The notes under the pieces were generated by a model that had not been told where the DNA came from, searched no databases, and was given only the letters and a program-made list of their open reading frames with translations. 64,000 bases of DNA from an uncultured Candidatus Saccharibacteria bacterium (GTDB lineage Bacteria > Patescibacteriota > Minisyncoccia > UBA6257 > 2-01-FULL-56-20), in the NCBI GenBank assembly GCA_964365185.1, contig CAYIOP010000001.1, forward strand, positions 34,675 to 98,674. Direction: 5' to 3'. Both the position numbers and the translations under genes were made by a program. Within the stretch, counting starts at the first letter, position 1. Each line of letters begins with the position of its first letter. Of the stretch, positions 9,987 through 18,759 are shown piece after piece.

Positions 9987-11396
9987 ATGGCCTTAATTTC
10001 GAAAAAAGAGGTTCGAGTGCGGATTGCTCCGTCGCCAACTGGCCATATGCACGTGGGTTTGGCACGAACCGCGCTTTTTAACTGGCTTTTTGCGAGGCAG
10101 GCGGAGGGCGAGTTTTTGCTTAGAATTGAAGATACTGATATCGAGCGTTCGGAAAAAAAGTACGAAGATGAGATTATTCAGGGTTTGAGTTGGTTAGGTT
10201 TGAATTGGGATGGTGAGGTTTATCGCCAGAGTGACCGGAGGGAAGTTTATAAAAAATATCTTAAGAAATTAATTGAGGAGAATAAGGCCTATTATTGCTA
10301 TTGCGCCAAAGAAGAACTTGAGGCCCAGAGGCAGGAGATGATAGCCGAAGGGTTAGTGCCTAAATATAACGGTCGTTGCCGTTCCCTTGATAAAGTTGAT
10401 GCTAAAAAACCGAGTGTTATTCGACTTAAGATTCCGGAAATAAAAATTGAATTTAAGGATTTGATTCGAGGCAAGGTGGAGTTTGACGTCGGTCTTTTTG
10501 GAGATTTGGTAATTGCTAAGAACTTGGAAAATCCCCTTTATAATTTTGCGGTGGTGGTGGATGACGAGGAGATGAAAATTAGCCATGTAATCAGGGGTGA
10601 GGATCATATTTCAAATACGCCCCGGCAGATTTTAATTGGGCAGGCGCTCAGATTTCAAATGCCAATTTATGCTCACATTCCTCTAATTTTGGCGCCGGAT
10701 CGGAGTAAGTTATCCAAACGTTCAAATGAAGTATCGCTTTTAGAATACAAAGAAAGAGGATATTTGCCGGAGGCAATGGTAAATTTTTTAGGTTTTTTGG
10801 GTTGGCACCCGGAAGGAGATGACGAGATTTTGGATTTAAAGAAAATGGTTCAGCTTTTTGACATCGCTAAAATTCAGAAAGGCGGAGCGGTTTTTAATCA
10901 GGAAAAATTAGATTGGTTTAATAATCAGTATTTGCGAAAACTCTCGGCGGAGGAAATTTATGAATGCTTGAAGCCGTTTCTAAAAGAAAATAAAATTGAA
11001 TCACCCCCTAGTTTTATAAAGAAAGTTATCGAGGTCTTGAAAGAACGAATGAAAACCTTGATTGAATTTTTTGAGTTGGCCGACTTTTTCTTTAATTTAC
11101 CGGAATATGACGTGAGCTTGCTTAAGTGGAAAGATCAATCCTTGCCAGATGTTAAAATAATACTCGAGAAAATTTTTGAGGCCTTTTCCGGTGTTTCGGA
11201 TTCGGAATTTCATTCTAAGAAGTTGGGTGAGATTTTAAATTCATTAATTAATGGAACTCCTCGAGGAGAGGTGTTTTGGCCGCTTCGCGTCGCTCTTTCG
11301 GGAAAAAACGCTTCACCCGATCCTTTAATGATTACTGAAGTTTTAGCGAAAATCGAGACAGTCAGACGAATTGAACTGGCAATTGGTAAAATTTAG
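9987..11396 (+). CDS. gltX: Glutamate--tRNA ligase
   Basis: RIAPSPTGHMHVG, LRIEDTD, HVIRGEDH, KLSKR. Confidence 0.97.
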   Translation: MALISKKEVRVRIAPSPTGHMHVGLARTALFNWLFARQAEGEFLLRIEDTDIERSEKKYEDEIIQGLSWLGLNWDGEVYRQSDRREVYKKYLKKLIEENKAYYCYCAKEELEAQRQEMIAEGLVPKYNGRCRSLDKVDAKKPSVIRLKIPEIKIEFKDLIRGKVEFDVGLFGDLVIAKNLENPLYNFAVVVDDEEMKISHVIRGEDHISNTPRQILIGQALRFQMPIYAHIPLILAPDRSKLSKRSNEVSLLEYKERGYLPEAMVNFLGFLGWHPEGDDEILDLKKMVQLFDIAKIQKGGAVFNQEKLDWFNNQYLRKLSAEEIYECLKPFLKENKIESPPSFIKKVIEVLKERMKTLIEFFELADFFFNLPEYDVSLLKWKDQSLPDVKIILEKIFEAFSGVSDSEFHSKKLGEILNSLINGTPRGEVFWPLRVALSGKNASPDPLMITEVLAKIETVRRIELAIGKI

Positions 11397-11407
11397 GCAA
11401 AAAAATT

Positions 11408-12688
11408 ATGATAACTTTTAAAAAAATAGTTTTAGTTTTGGGAATTTTGGTTCCGGTTTTTTTTCTGGTTAATTTTACGGTGGCGGCGGAGCCAAGCGGG
11501 GTTTCCTTGGAGAGGAGTGAACTTGAGGCGCGAATTAAAGTCCAAAACGAAGAGTTGGAAAAATTGAATCGTCAGTTAGAGGAGACACAAACTAAACTTG
11601 AAGGCACAAAAAACGAGCGGTTAACTCTACAGAAAGAGTTGAGCAATATTAAAAATTCCATTACTCAATTAAATTTAAGCATTAAAACGGATCAAGCTAC
11701 GGTCAATAAGCTGATACTTGAAATTGATTCTTTAAACTTTGATATTCAGGATATTGAGGTCTTGTCGGATTACAAGAAAAATTCGGTGGCAGAACTTCTA
11801 AAAGCCATTAATCGGAATGATCAGGTTAATTTTTTAACAGTATTTTTAAGCGGCGATAGTTTAGCAGATAGCGTTTCTGATCTTCAAGCGCTCTCTAGCA
11901 CCGGATCGCAACTTGGGACTGATATTCAAAATTTAGAGAAATTGCGAGGGGAGAAAGTTAAGAAAGCCACTGAAATTAGCAATAAGAAAGTCGAAATTTC
12001 ACGGCGGAAGGAAGATCTTGAGAGTAAAAAATTTATTATTGAAGACCAAGAGGGTGAGAAACGGTCAATTTTGGAAGAGACCAAAAATAAAGAGAGTGTT
12101 TATCAGAAGGAATTGGATGATTTAAGAAAAAAGCAGGATGAAATTGCCGAGCAGATCTCGAAATTCGAAGAAGAGTTGCGGATTAAATTTGACGTGGGGC
12201 TTTTGCCAACTAAACGCTCGGGTGTTTTTGATTGGCCGGTTAAACTTAAAAAAGATGGCGGCACGGGTATTATCACTCAGCATATGGGTGAGGTCTCCCG
12301 GCTCTATAAGGGTAAGCCGCATAATGGACTGGATATCGGTACACCAGTGGGCACGCCAGTTTTGGCGGCTGAAGACGGGACGGTAATTGCGGTGGATGAT
12401 AATGACCGGAGTCAGTGGAGAAAATATCAGTACGGAAAATATGTTCTGATCCGGCATGAAAATAATCTGACCACTCTTTACGCGCATCTTTCCAGGCAAT
12501 CAGTGGCTAAGGGTCAGACCGTGAAGAGGGGAGAGGTGATAGGTTATTCCGGTAATACCGGTTATTCAACTGGAGCGCATTTACACTTTGGAGTTTATTG
12601 GGCAGCGAGCGTGCTTATGAAGGCGGTGCCACCGGCTTTGGGTTTGGTGCCAGTCGGAGTGGTGGTGAATCCGGAGGATTATCTCTAG
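11408..12688 (+). CDS. Coiled-coil M23 family peptidase (murein hydrolase or activator)
   Basis: Signal peptide, long coiled coil, HNGLD, YAHLS, STGAHLHF. Confidence 0.92.
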   Translation: MITFKKIVLVLGILVPVFFLVNFTVAAEPSGVSLERSELEARIKVQNEELEKLNRQLEETQTKLEGTKNERLTLQKELSNIKNSITQLNLSIKTDQATVNKLILEIDSLNFDIQDIEVLSDYKKNSVAELLKAINRNDQVNFLTVFLSGDSLADSVSDLQALSSTGSQLGTDIQNLEKLRGEKVKKATEISNKKVEISRRKEDLESKKFIIEDQEGEKRSILEETKNKESVYQKELDDLRKKQDEIAEQISKFEEELRIKFDVGLLPTKRSGVFDWPVKLKKDGGTGIITQHMGEVSRLYKGKPHNGLDIGTPVGTPVLAAEDGTVIAVDDNDRSQWRKYQYGKYVLIRHENNLTTLYAHLSRQSVAKGQTVKRGEVIGYSGNTGYSTGAHLHFGVYWAASVLMKAVPPALGLVPVGVVVNPEDYL

Positions 12689-12769
12689 ATTAGGTTTTAG
12701 GTTTTAGGTTATAGGTGATAGAGATACAATAGTAATACAATGGCGATACAATTGAGATATAATTGAAAA

Positions 12770-13129
12770 ATGAAATTATTGGCGGCTAGTATTTTATTCT
12801 TCTTAATTTTTACGGTTGTGCCGGTTAAGGCGCAAAGTGTGGAATTGATTACTGGTGGGCAGGCGCCGGAGAAGACATTCAACGAAATTGTTAATCCGGT
12901 TATTAATTTTTTCGGTAAGCTATTTAATTTTTTCCAATTAGTCCTTACTCGATTGCTGGATGTTGAGTGGATAAAACATAATTTGCTCTCGGTTTTCGGT
13001 ACAATTAATGATTGGTTTTATAAAATTTTCGGAATGGATATTGGTGAAGTTTTAGCCGCAATCGGAAATATTTTTGTGATTATTTTTAATTGGTTGATTG
13101 CATTTTTTACGAAGTTGTGGCCGTTTTAG
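12770..13129 (+). CDS. Hypothetical exported or membrane protein
   Basis: Signal-like N-terminus, amphipathic helices, TATAAT just upstream of ATG. Confidence 0.75.
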   Translation: MKLLAASILFFLIFTVVPVKAQSVELITGGQAPEKTFNEIVNPVINFFGKLFNFFQLVLTRLLDVEWIKHNLLSVFGTINDWFYKIFGMDIGEVLAAIGNIFVIIFNWLIAFFTKLWPF

Positions 13130-13174
13130 AGTTAGAATTGAGGATATAGAATGTAGGGAAGTTCAGATGAATTT

Positions 13175-14977
13175 ATGAATCGGGAAATTCGAAATTGCCA
13201 AAATTGCAAAACTAATTTTGAAATAGACGCTTCGGATTTTAAATTTTATGAAAGGATAAAGGTTCCGCCGCCGACGTGGTGTCCGGAGTGTCGGATAGTT
13301 CGGCGAATGTCGGTTCAGAATCAACGGGCTTTATATAAACGAAAATGTGATTTGTGCGGAAATGAAATGGTAACTTTTTTCTCGCCAGAGGCGCGAGATA
13401 CTGTTTATTGCCAAAAATGTTGGTGGTCGGATAATTGGGACCCGTTTCAATATGGGCTGGAATATGATTTTTCCAAACCGTTTTTCGCTCAATTTAGAGA
13501 ATTATTAGATAGAGTTCCGTGGTCAGCGCTCCAGACAGTTTATACCACGATGGTAAATAGCGAGTATTGCAATATCGCTTCCTATCTAAAGGACTGTTAT
13601 TTAATGTTTAACTCTGATTACAGCGAGGATTGTTATTATGGAACTTATGTGGAACGGAGTAAGCGTTCATTTGATCTTTATATGGCTGACTACGCGGAGA
13701 TTTGTTACGAGAGCAATAATTTAGAGAAATGTTATCACGTTTTTTATTCGAGTAACTGCAATAATTGCATCGATGTTTATTTTTCAAGAAATTTGCGAGG
13801 TTGCTCGAAGTGTTTTGGTTGCGTTAATTTATCCAATAAACAGTATTACATTTTTAATGAGCCCTATTCCAAAGAAGAGTATTTTAGAAAATTGAAACAA
13901 TTCGATTTGGGGTCAAGAAAGACGGTTTTAGAATTACGTCAGCAGATGGCCGACTTTAATCTTAAATTTCCAAGAAAATTTGCGGAAGGATTTAAGAATT
14001 TAAACGTCTCGGGAGATTATGTGTTTAATTCCAAAAATACTTATTTGAGTTATGAAATGGCCGAATCCGAAGATTGTAAATTTTGCCAATTTCTTTTTAT
14101 TGAAACCGCGAAGAATTGTCAAGATGTGACGATGTGGGGTGGGGGACTTACCAACTCTTATGATTCAATGGGTATTGGCGGAGGAGCGGACCAGATTAAA
14201 TTTTCTTTTGATTGTTGGGCAAATCTTATGAATATTGAGTACTGTTTCGATCTTTTGGTTATGAACTCAGACCTTTTTGGGTGCAGCCGATTGAAAAATA
14301 AAAAATTCTGTATTCTAAATAGGCAGTATTCTGAGAAAGAATATAATGATTTAATTCCGAAAATTAAAAAACAAATGGATGAAGTGCCTTATATCGATAA
14401 GAAGGGCCGAGTATATAAATATGGAGAGTTTTTCCCGCCTGAAATCCACTCTTTTGCTTATAATGAAACAATCGCACAGGAATATTTTCCATTGACTAAG
14501 GAAGAAGCTATAGACCAGGGTTTTCGTTGGAAAGATGCTCAAGATAAGAATTATCAAATTACGATTTCAAGCGACCAGTTGGCGGATAATATTAAGGAAG
14601 TTGAGGATGGAATTTTAGGCCAGATAATTGGCTGCGAACATTTTGGTAAGTGCAAAGATCAGTGCTCAGTGGCGTTTAAAATTACTCCTCGAGAATTGGA
14701 ATTTTATAGGGCCGAGAATATCCCAGTGCCTCGATTATGTTCGAATTGCCGGCATTACGAGCGATTAAGGAATAATAATCCTATGAGATTTTATCATCGC
14801 AGGTGTGGGTGTGAGGGGTTGCAAAGCGTAAAGAGCAAGGCGCAAAATAGTTATCAAAACGTGGCTCAACATTTTCATGGCGGCGATCATTGCCCCAATG
14901 AATTTGAAACAACTTACGCGCCGGAGAGAAGAGAAATTATTTATTGCGAGGAATGCTATCAACAAGAAATAATATAG
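13175..14977 (+). CDS. Cys-rich multi-zinc-ribbon protein (paralogue)
   Basis: CQNC...VPPPTWCPECR, CWWSDNWDP, YGEFFP, terminal IIYCEECY. Confidence 0.9.
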   Translation: MNREIRNCQNCKTNFEIDASDFKFYERIKVPPPTWCPECRIVRRMSVQNQRALYKRKCDLCGNEMVTFFSPEARDTVYCQKCWWSDNWDPFQYGLEYDFSKPFFAQFRELLDRVPWSALQTVYTTMVNSEYCNIASYLKDCYLMFNSDYSEDCYYGTYVERSKRSFDLYMADYAEICYESNNLEKCYHVFYSSNCNNCIDVYFSRNLRGCSKCFGCVNLSNKQYYIFNEPYSKEEYFRKLKQFDLGSRKTVLELRQQMADFNLKFPRKFAEGFKNLNVSGDYVFNSKNTYLSYEMAESEDCKFCQFLFIETAKNCQDVTMWGGGLTNSYDSMGIGGGADQIKFSFDCWANLMNIEYCFDLLVMNSDLFGCSRLKNKKFCILNRQYSEKEYNDLIPKIKKQMDEVPYIDKKGRVYKYGEFFPPEIHSFAYNETIAQEYFPLTKEEAIDQGFRWKDAQDKNYQITISSDQLADNIKEVEDGILGQIIGCEHFGKCKDQCSVAFKITPRELEFYRAENIPVPRLCSNCRHYERLRNNNPMRFYHRRCGCEGLQSVKSKAQNSYQNVAQHFHGGDHCPNEFETTYAPERREIIYCEECYQQEII

Positions 14978-14991
14978 ACAAACATTCTGAA

Positions 14992-15020
14992 GTCCGGCCA
15001 TAGCTTAAGCGACGGTGGAC
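14992..15020. repeat. REP-like imperfect palindrome
   Basis: GTCCGGCCATAGCTTAAGCGACGGTGGAC; related sequence at 47196-47219. Confidence 0.6.
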
Positions 15021-15050
15021 GAACAATGTTATAATGCAGAAGTAGCATAA
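15021..15050 (+). pseudogene. Orphan 3' end of a Cys-rich paralogue (EQCYNAEVA*)
   Basis: Matches KECYQQEVA* at 324-353, shares AGAAGTAGCATAAA and a similar downstream heptamer tract. Confidence 0.65.
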
Positions 15051-15146
15051 ATAGAATCTAGAATTTAGAAAATAGAAGGTAGTAAGTGGGAAGAGGAAAT
15101 GTTATGTCGTAAAACGGATAATGTGCGACAGATGTAATATAAGATA

Positions 15147-16541
15147 ATGACTAAAAAAGAGCACTCCCCTAACTTAAATAGAGTTCATTTTGTTGGTATT
15201 GGCGGCATAGGAATGAGTGCTCTGGTACGTTGGTTTTTAGCTAAAAAATGGCTTGTATCGGGCTCTGATCTAGTAGAAAGCCAGATTACTGATAGTTTAA
15301 GAAAAGTTGGCGTAAGGGTCAAAATTGGCCATAAAAGAGTTAATTTACCTCAAAATGGCCTTAAGATGGTTGTTTATAGCCAAGCCATTCACCATGACAA
15401 CCCAGAATTGCTTGAGGCGCGAAAATTGGGCATTATTCCTCTTTCATATGGGGAGGCAGTCGGGTGTCTTACAAAGATTTATAAAACGATTGCCATTGCC
15501 GGTAGTCATGGCAAAAGTACGACTACGGCTTTAGTTGGAATTGTTCTCTCGGCGGCGAAGTTCGACCCGAATGTGATTTTAGGCACTAATCTTAAAGAAT
15601 TTCACGGAACTAATTTTAGGCAAGGACGATCAAGGTGGCTGGTTTTGGAGGCGGATGAGTGGAAGGCCTCTTTCTTAAATTATTTTCCTTTTATAACCGT
15701 GGTTACTAATATCGATAAAGAACATCTGGATTATTACAAAACCTTTGGCAACGTCAAAAAGACATTTCTTAAATTTTTAGGTAATACCGAAGATGGCGGA
15801 TTTTTGATTTTGAATCGCGACGACAAAATTTTATTTTCGCTCCAGTCCTCTATTTTAAAATTGACAAGACAGAAAAAATTGAAAGTTCATTGGTATTCAG
15901 TGAGTAAAACTCAAAGTGAAAAACGAAAAGCGAAAAGTTTAGGGAAGATTTTAAAAATTTCGGGCGAGCATAATATTTCAAATGCGATGGCGGCTTTCAC
16001 TGTGGCTAAAGTTTTGAGAATTAAAGAGTCGATTGCAACTGGGGCACTCGCTAATTTTCAAGGAGCGTGGAGAAGAATGGAGTATAAGGGCAAATGGCAA
16101 ATAGCAAATAGCAAATCAATTTTAGTGTTTGACGATTACGCTCATCATCCCACGGAGATTCGAGCAACACTTCGGGCTTTTCATGAAAAATTTTCGACTT
16201 CTCCGATTGTTTGTGTTTATCAGCCGCATCAGGCCGAACGACTTAAGAATTTATTTTCGGAGTTTGTGGACTCATTTTTAGATGCGCATGTTTTAATTTT
16301 TTTGCCGGTTTATGAAGTGGCGGGCCGCGATCGGGTGAATCGCGGTTTTACCTCAGAACGATTGGCCAAAGCGATTGCCAAGAAATATTCTCGAAAGCAC
16401 GTGTATTATCTAAAAAATCCAAAGCTTTTGAAGGGATTTTTGAGGCATATCGTGGAGCATTTTGGCTTTACCCACTCCCCTATTTTGGTGATGATGGGCG
16501 CGGGAGATATTGTTAAATATACTCCTCTCTTGTTATCATAG
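15147..16541 (+). CDS. murC: UDP-N-acetylmuramate--L-alanine ligase
   Basis: HFVGIGGIGMSA, AGSHGKSTT, EADE, DDYAHHPTE, MGAGD. Confidence 0.96.
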   Translation: MTKKEHSPNLNRVHFVGIGGIGMSALVRWFLAKKWLVSGSDLVESQITDSLRKVGVRVKIGHKRVNLPQNGLKMVVYSQAIHHDNPELLEARKLGIIPLSYGEAVGCLTKIYKTIAIAGSHGKSTTTALVGIVLSAAKFDPNVILGTNLKEFHGTNFRQGRSRWLVLEADEWKASFLNYFPFITVVTNIDKEHLDYYKTFGNVKKTFLKFLGNTEDGGFLILNRDDKILFSLQSSILKLTRQKKLKVHWYSVSKTQSEKRKAKSLGKILKISGEHNISNAMAAFTVAKVLRIKESIATGALANFQGAWRRMEYKGKWQIANSKSILVFDDYAHHPTEIRATLRAFHEKFSTSPIVCVYQPHQAERLKNLFSEFVDSFLDAHVLIFLPVYEVAGRDRVNRGFTSERLAKAIAKKYSRKHVYYLKNPKLLKGFLRHIVEHFGFTHSPILVMMGAGDIVKYTPLLLS

Positions 16542-16547
16542 TTTTCT

Positions 16548-17318
16548 ATGGATTTTTATAAGGATGAGAATGCGTTTAAAGAGGTCTCCGGTTATACAAT
16601 TGATGGTGTTTGGTATCCCCGGGTGACCAAGATCGTAAGTATTAAGGCTAAGCCGGCCTTACTTTATTTTTATGGTGAGGCGGCAAATTATAAAGCGGGC
16701 CTGTCTTTTACTCAAAAATCCGCGGTGGAGGGAACTTTGGTTCACAATGCGATTGAAAATTTGCTTTTAAACAAACAAGAAGAAGTAGATCCTTTAATTG
16801 CGCCGGCAATTGTGGCCTTTAAGATTTTTTGGGAGAGTAAAAATATTCAAGTGACGCCAGATTTGGTTGAGCGTCGGGTGGTGAGTTTTGACCATCGTTA
16901 TGCCGGCACAGTTGACGCCATAGCTTTAATTGACGGCAAGTTAGGGGTACTGGACATTAAAACCTCACAGGCGATTTATCGTGACTATAATATTCAGACC
17001 GCGGCTTATATGGCCGCCTTAAAGAACCAATTTCAGAATCTTCAGACGCGGTGGATTTTAAGAGTGGATCAGATCCAGACCTGTCAGAGTTGCGGCTCTC
17101 GCAAGCGAACCAAGGGCGGCCGAGAGAAAATTCGACCAGTGAACGGTCAATTTACGGCGATGAGAAATTGTCCGGAGCATGAATGGTCGGAAGTTGCTGG
17201 CGAGATTGAATTTAAGGAATTCCCCTACTGGCAGACGGATTTCGAAGCTTTTCTGGCGGCTAAAAAACTTTGGGAGTGGGAGAATGAAAATTGGTTGAAT
17301 AAAATAGGTTACTTATGA
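16548..17318 (+). CDS. PD-(D/E)XK nuclease (RecB/Cas4-like) with zinc-ribbon insert
   Basis: GTLVH, YAGTVD, LDIKTS, QTAAY; CQSC...CPEH. Confidence 0.85.
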   Translation: MDFYKDENAFKEVSGYTIDGVWYPRVTKIVSIKAKPALLYFYGEAANYKAGLSFTQKSAVEGTLVHNAIENLLLNKQEEVDPLIAPAIVAFKIFWESKNIQVTPDLVERRVVSFDHRYAGTVDAIALIDGKLGVLDIKTSQAIYRDYNIQTAAYMAALKNQFQNLQTRWILRVDQIQTCQSCGSRKRTKGGREKIRPVNGQFTAMRNCPEHEWSEVAGEIEFKEFPYWQTDFEAFLAAKKLWEWENENWLNKIGYL

Positions 17319-17457
17319 AAATATTTTTATTTTAAGGACCGGCGTCGTGATTGCTCCAGCGGCAATCACACGCCTGCATCTCCTTCGTTGGACTTCGCTA
17401 AAACGGAGACCGAGCTCTAACTTCAGTCCGATAGTTCCTTAAAATAAAAATATTTTC
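17317..17457. mobile_element. 141-bp MITE-like fold-back element with 22-bp perfect terminal inverted repeats
   Basis: GAAAATATTTTTATTTTAAGGA ... TCCTTAAAATAAAAATATTTTC, flanked by TAT on both sides; internal hairpin GTGATTGC-TCCAGCG-GCAATCAC. Confidence 0.65.
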
Positions 17458-17624
17458 TATCGCTATTTTATTTGAGCGGCTTGGGGATAAGAAAAGTGTT
17501 TTTGATTTAAAATTTCTGTGCTATAGTAGAGGAAATGTCGGTTGATGATTCGAATTATAAAAAAGAAAGTCGCAGTTAGCGAAATTCAAGGTTAGCTTGA
17601 AGGACTCGCATAGCGGAGTTCTTT

Positions 17625-17654
17625 TTATTTTTCATCCGGCCGGATGAAAAATAA
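17625..17654. repeat. 30-bp perfect palindrome
   Basis: TTATTTTTCATCCGG|CCGGATGAAAAATAA. Confidence 0.85.
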
Positions 17655-17692
17655 TCCTGAGGAAATTGAAGGATTATCTTAAATTTTAACCA

Positions 17693-17833
17693 ATGAAACA
17701 GAAATATTATTGTCCTAGCTGTGAAGAGATTTTCCATGCGGATCGAGTGAATGTCAATGAGCGTCACCATTGTGGGACCATTAGTATTATTGACTGGACT
17801 TATAGGAGAGAGGAAGAAACAAGAAGTGATTAA
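17693..17833 (+). CDS. Putative 46-aa small zinc-binding protein (not in ORF track)
   Basis: MKQKYYCPSCEEIFHADRVNVNERHHCGTISIIDWTYRREEETRSD*; its stop abuts the stop of the convergent ORF. Confidence 0.5.
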   Translation: MKQKYYCPSCEEIFHADRVNVNERHHCGTISIIDWTYRREEETRSD

Positions 17834-17998
17834 TTACTTTTCGGTTTGGCTACACTTTTCAATAATAATCGGCGCATGTGAGAGTTCGTGATTAGCCAGA
17901 TAACCTAAAGCAAAACTTAAGGAGGCCACCAAAAAAATAATGGCGCTAAAGACAACTTCCTTTCTGTGGTTTTGATACCAGTCCCCTACCGTTGACAT
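17834..17998 (-). CDS. 54-aa single-pass membrane protein (not in ORF track)
   Basis: MSTVGDWYQNHRKEVVFSAIIFLVASLSFALGYLANHELSHAPIIIEKCSQTEK*. Confidence 0.7.
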   Translation of the reverse strand: MSTVGDWYQNHRKEVVFSAIIFLVASLSFALGYLANHELSHAPIIIEKCSQTEK

Positions 17999-18016
17999 CG
18001 CTATAGATTATATAAT
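17992..18016 (+). promoter_or_regulatory. Candidate sigma70 promoter for rpmA
   Basis: TTGACA followed by TATAAT/TAGAAT boxes upstream of 18055; spacing is not canonical for the first box. Confidence 0.45.
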
Positions 18017-18054
18017 AGAATAGTTAAAATTTTCAATAAAAAAATTAAGAAAAA

Positions 18055-18327
18055 ATGGCACATACACAATCGGGTGGATCAACAAAATTAGGGCGAGAGT
18101 CGCATTCAAAACGGCTGGGTATTAAGATTTTTGACGGGCAACCGATTAAGGTTGGCCAGATTGTGGCTAGGCAGAGAGGCACCAAGTATTTTCCCGGACG
18201 AAACGTGAAGATAGGCGGAGACGATACTCTCTTTGCCATACGAGATGGGATTGTTAAATTCTCCACTCGTTTTAAATCTAATTTTGCCGGTAAAAGACGG
18301 CGAATTACGGTTGTGAATGTAGTATAA
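18055..18327 (+). CDS. rpmA: 50S ribosomal protein L27
   Basis: [30 protein letters not shown]. Confidence 0.97.
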   Translation: MAHTQSGGSTKLGRESHSKRLGIKIFDGQPIKVGQIVARQRGTKYFPGRNVKIGGDDTLFAIRDGIVKFSTRFKSNFAGKRRRITVVNVV

Positions 18328-18754
18328 CTTTTAAATTAACTTTTGTTCTGTTTTTTAAGTTAACTTCAATTAGATGTTCCCCTATTTCTTTTAAGGGGTG
18401 ATCAAGTTTAATTTCCACTCTTTCTTTGGTTATAAATTTATTGGAACGAAGCGCTTTTAAAATCATATCTTTGGTGACTGAACCAAAAGTTTTGCCGTTT
18501 TTGTCGGTTTTCATTTCAAAAATTAGGGATCTCTGTTGGATGAGTTCGGATATTTGAGTTAAGTGGCTTTCCAATTCCTTACTTTCTTTTTCTTTGGAAG
18601 ATTTGATTTGGGACAGCTTTTTTAAGGCCATGTGATTGGCGAGTTCAGCTAATTTTTTGGGAAAAAGAAAATTTTTAGCATAACCTGGCGAGACGTCTTT
18701 GATTTCGTATTTTTTTCCGATATTTTTTACGTCTTCAAGGAGGATGACTTTCAT
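18305..18754 (-). CDS. rplI: 50S ribosomal protein L9
   Basis: [27 protein letters not shown]. Confidence 0.96.
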   Translation of the reverse strand: MKVILLEDVKNIGKKYEIKDVSPGYAKNFLFPKKLAELANHMALKKLSQIKSSKEKESKELESHLTQISELIQQRSLIFEMKTDKNGKTFGSVTKDMILKALRSNKFITKERVEIKLDHPLKEIGEHLIEVNLKNRTKVNLKVILHSQP

Positions 18755-18759
18755 AATTT

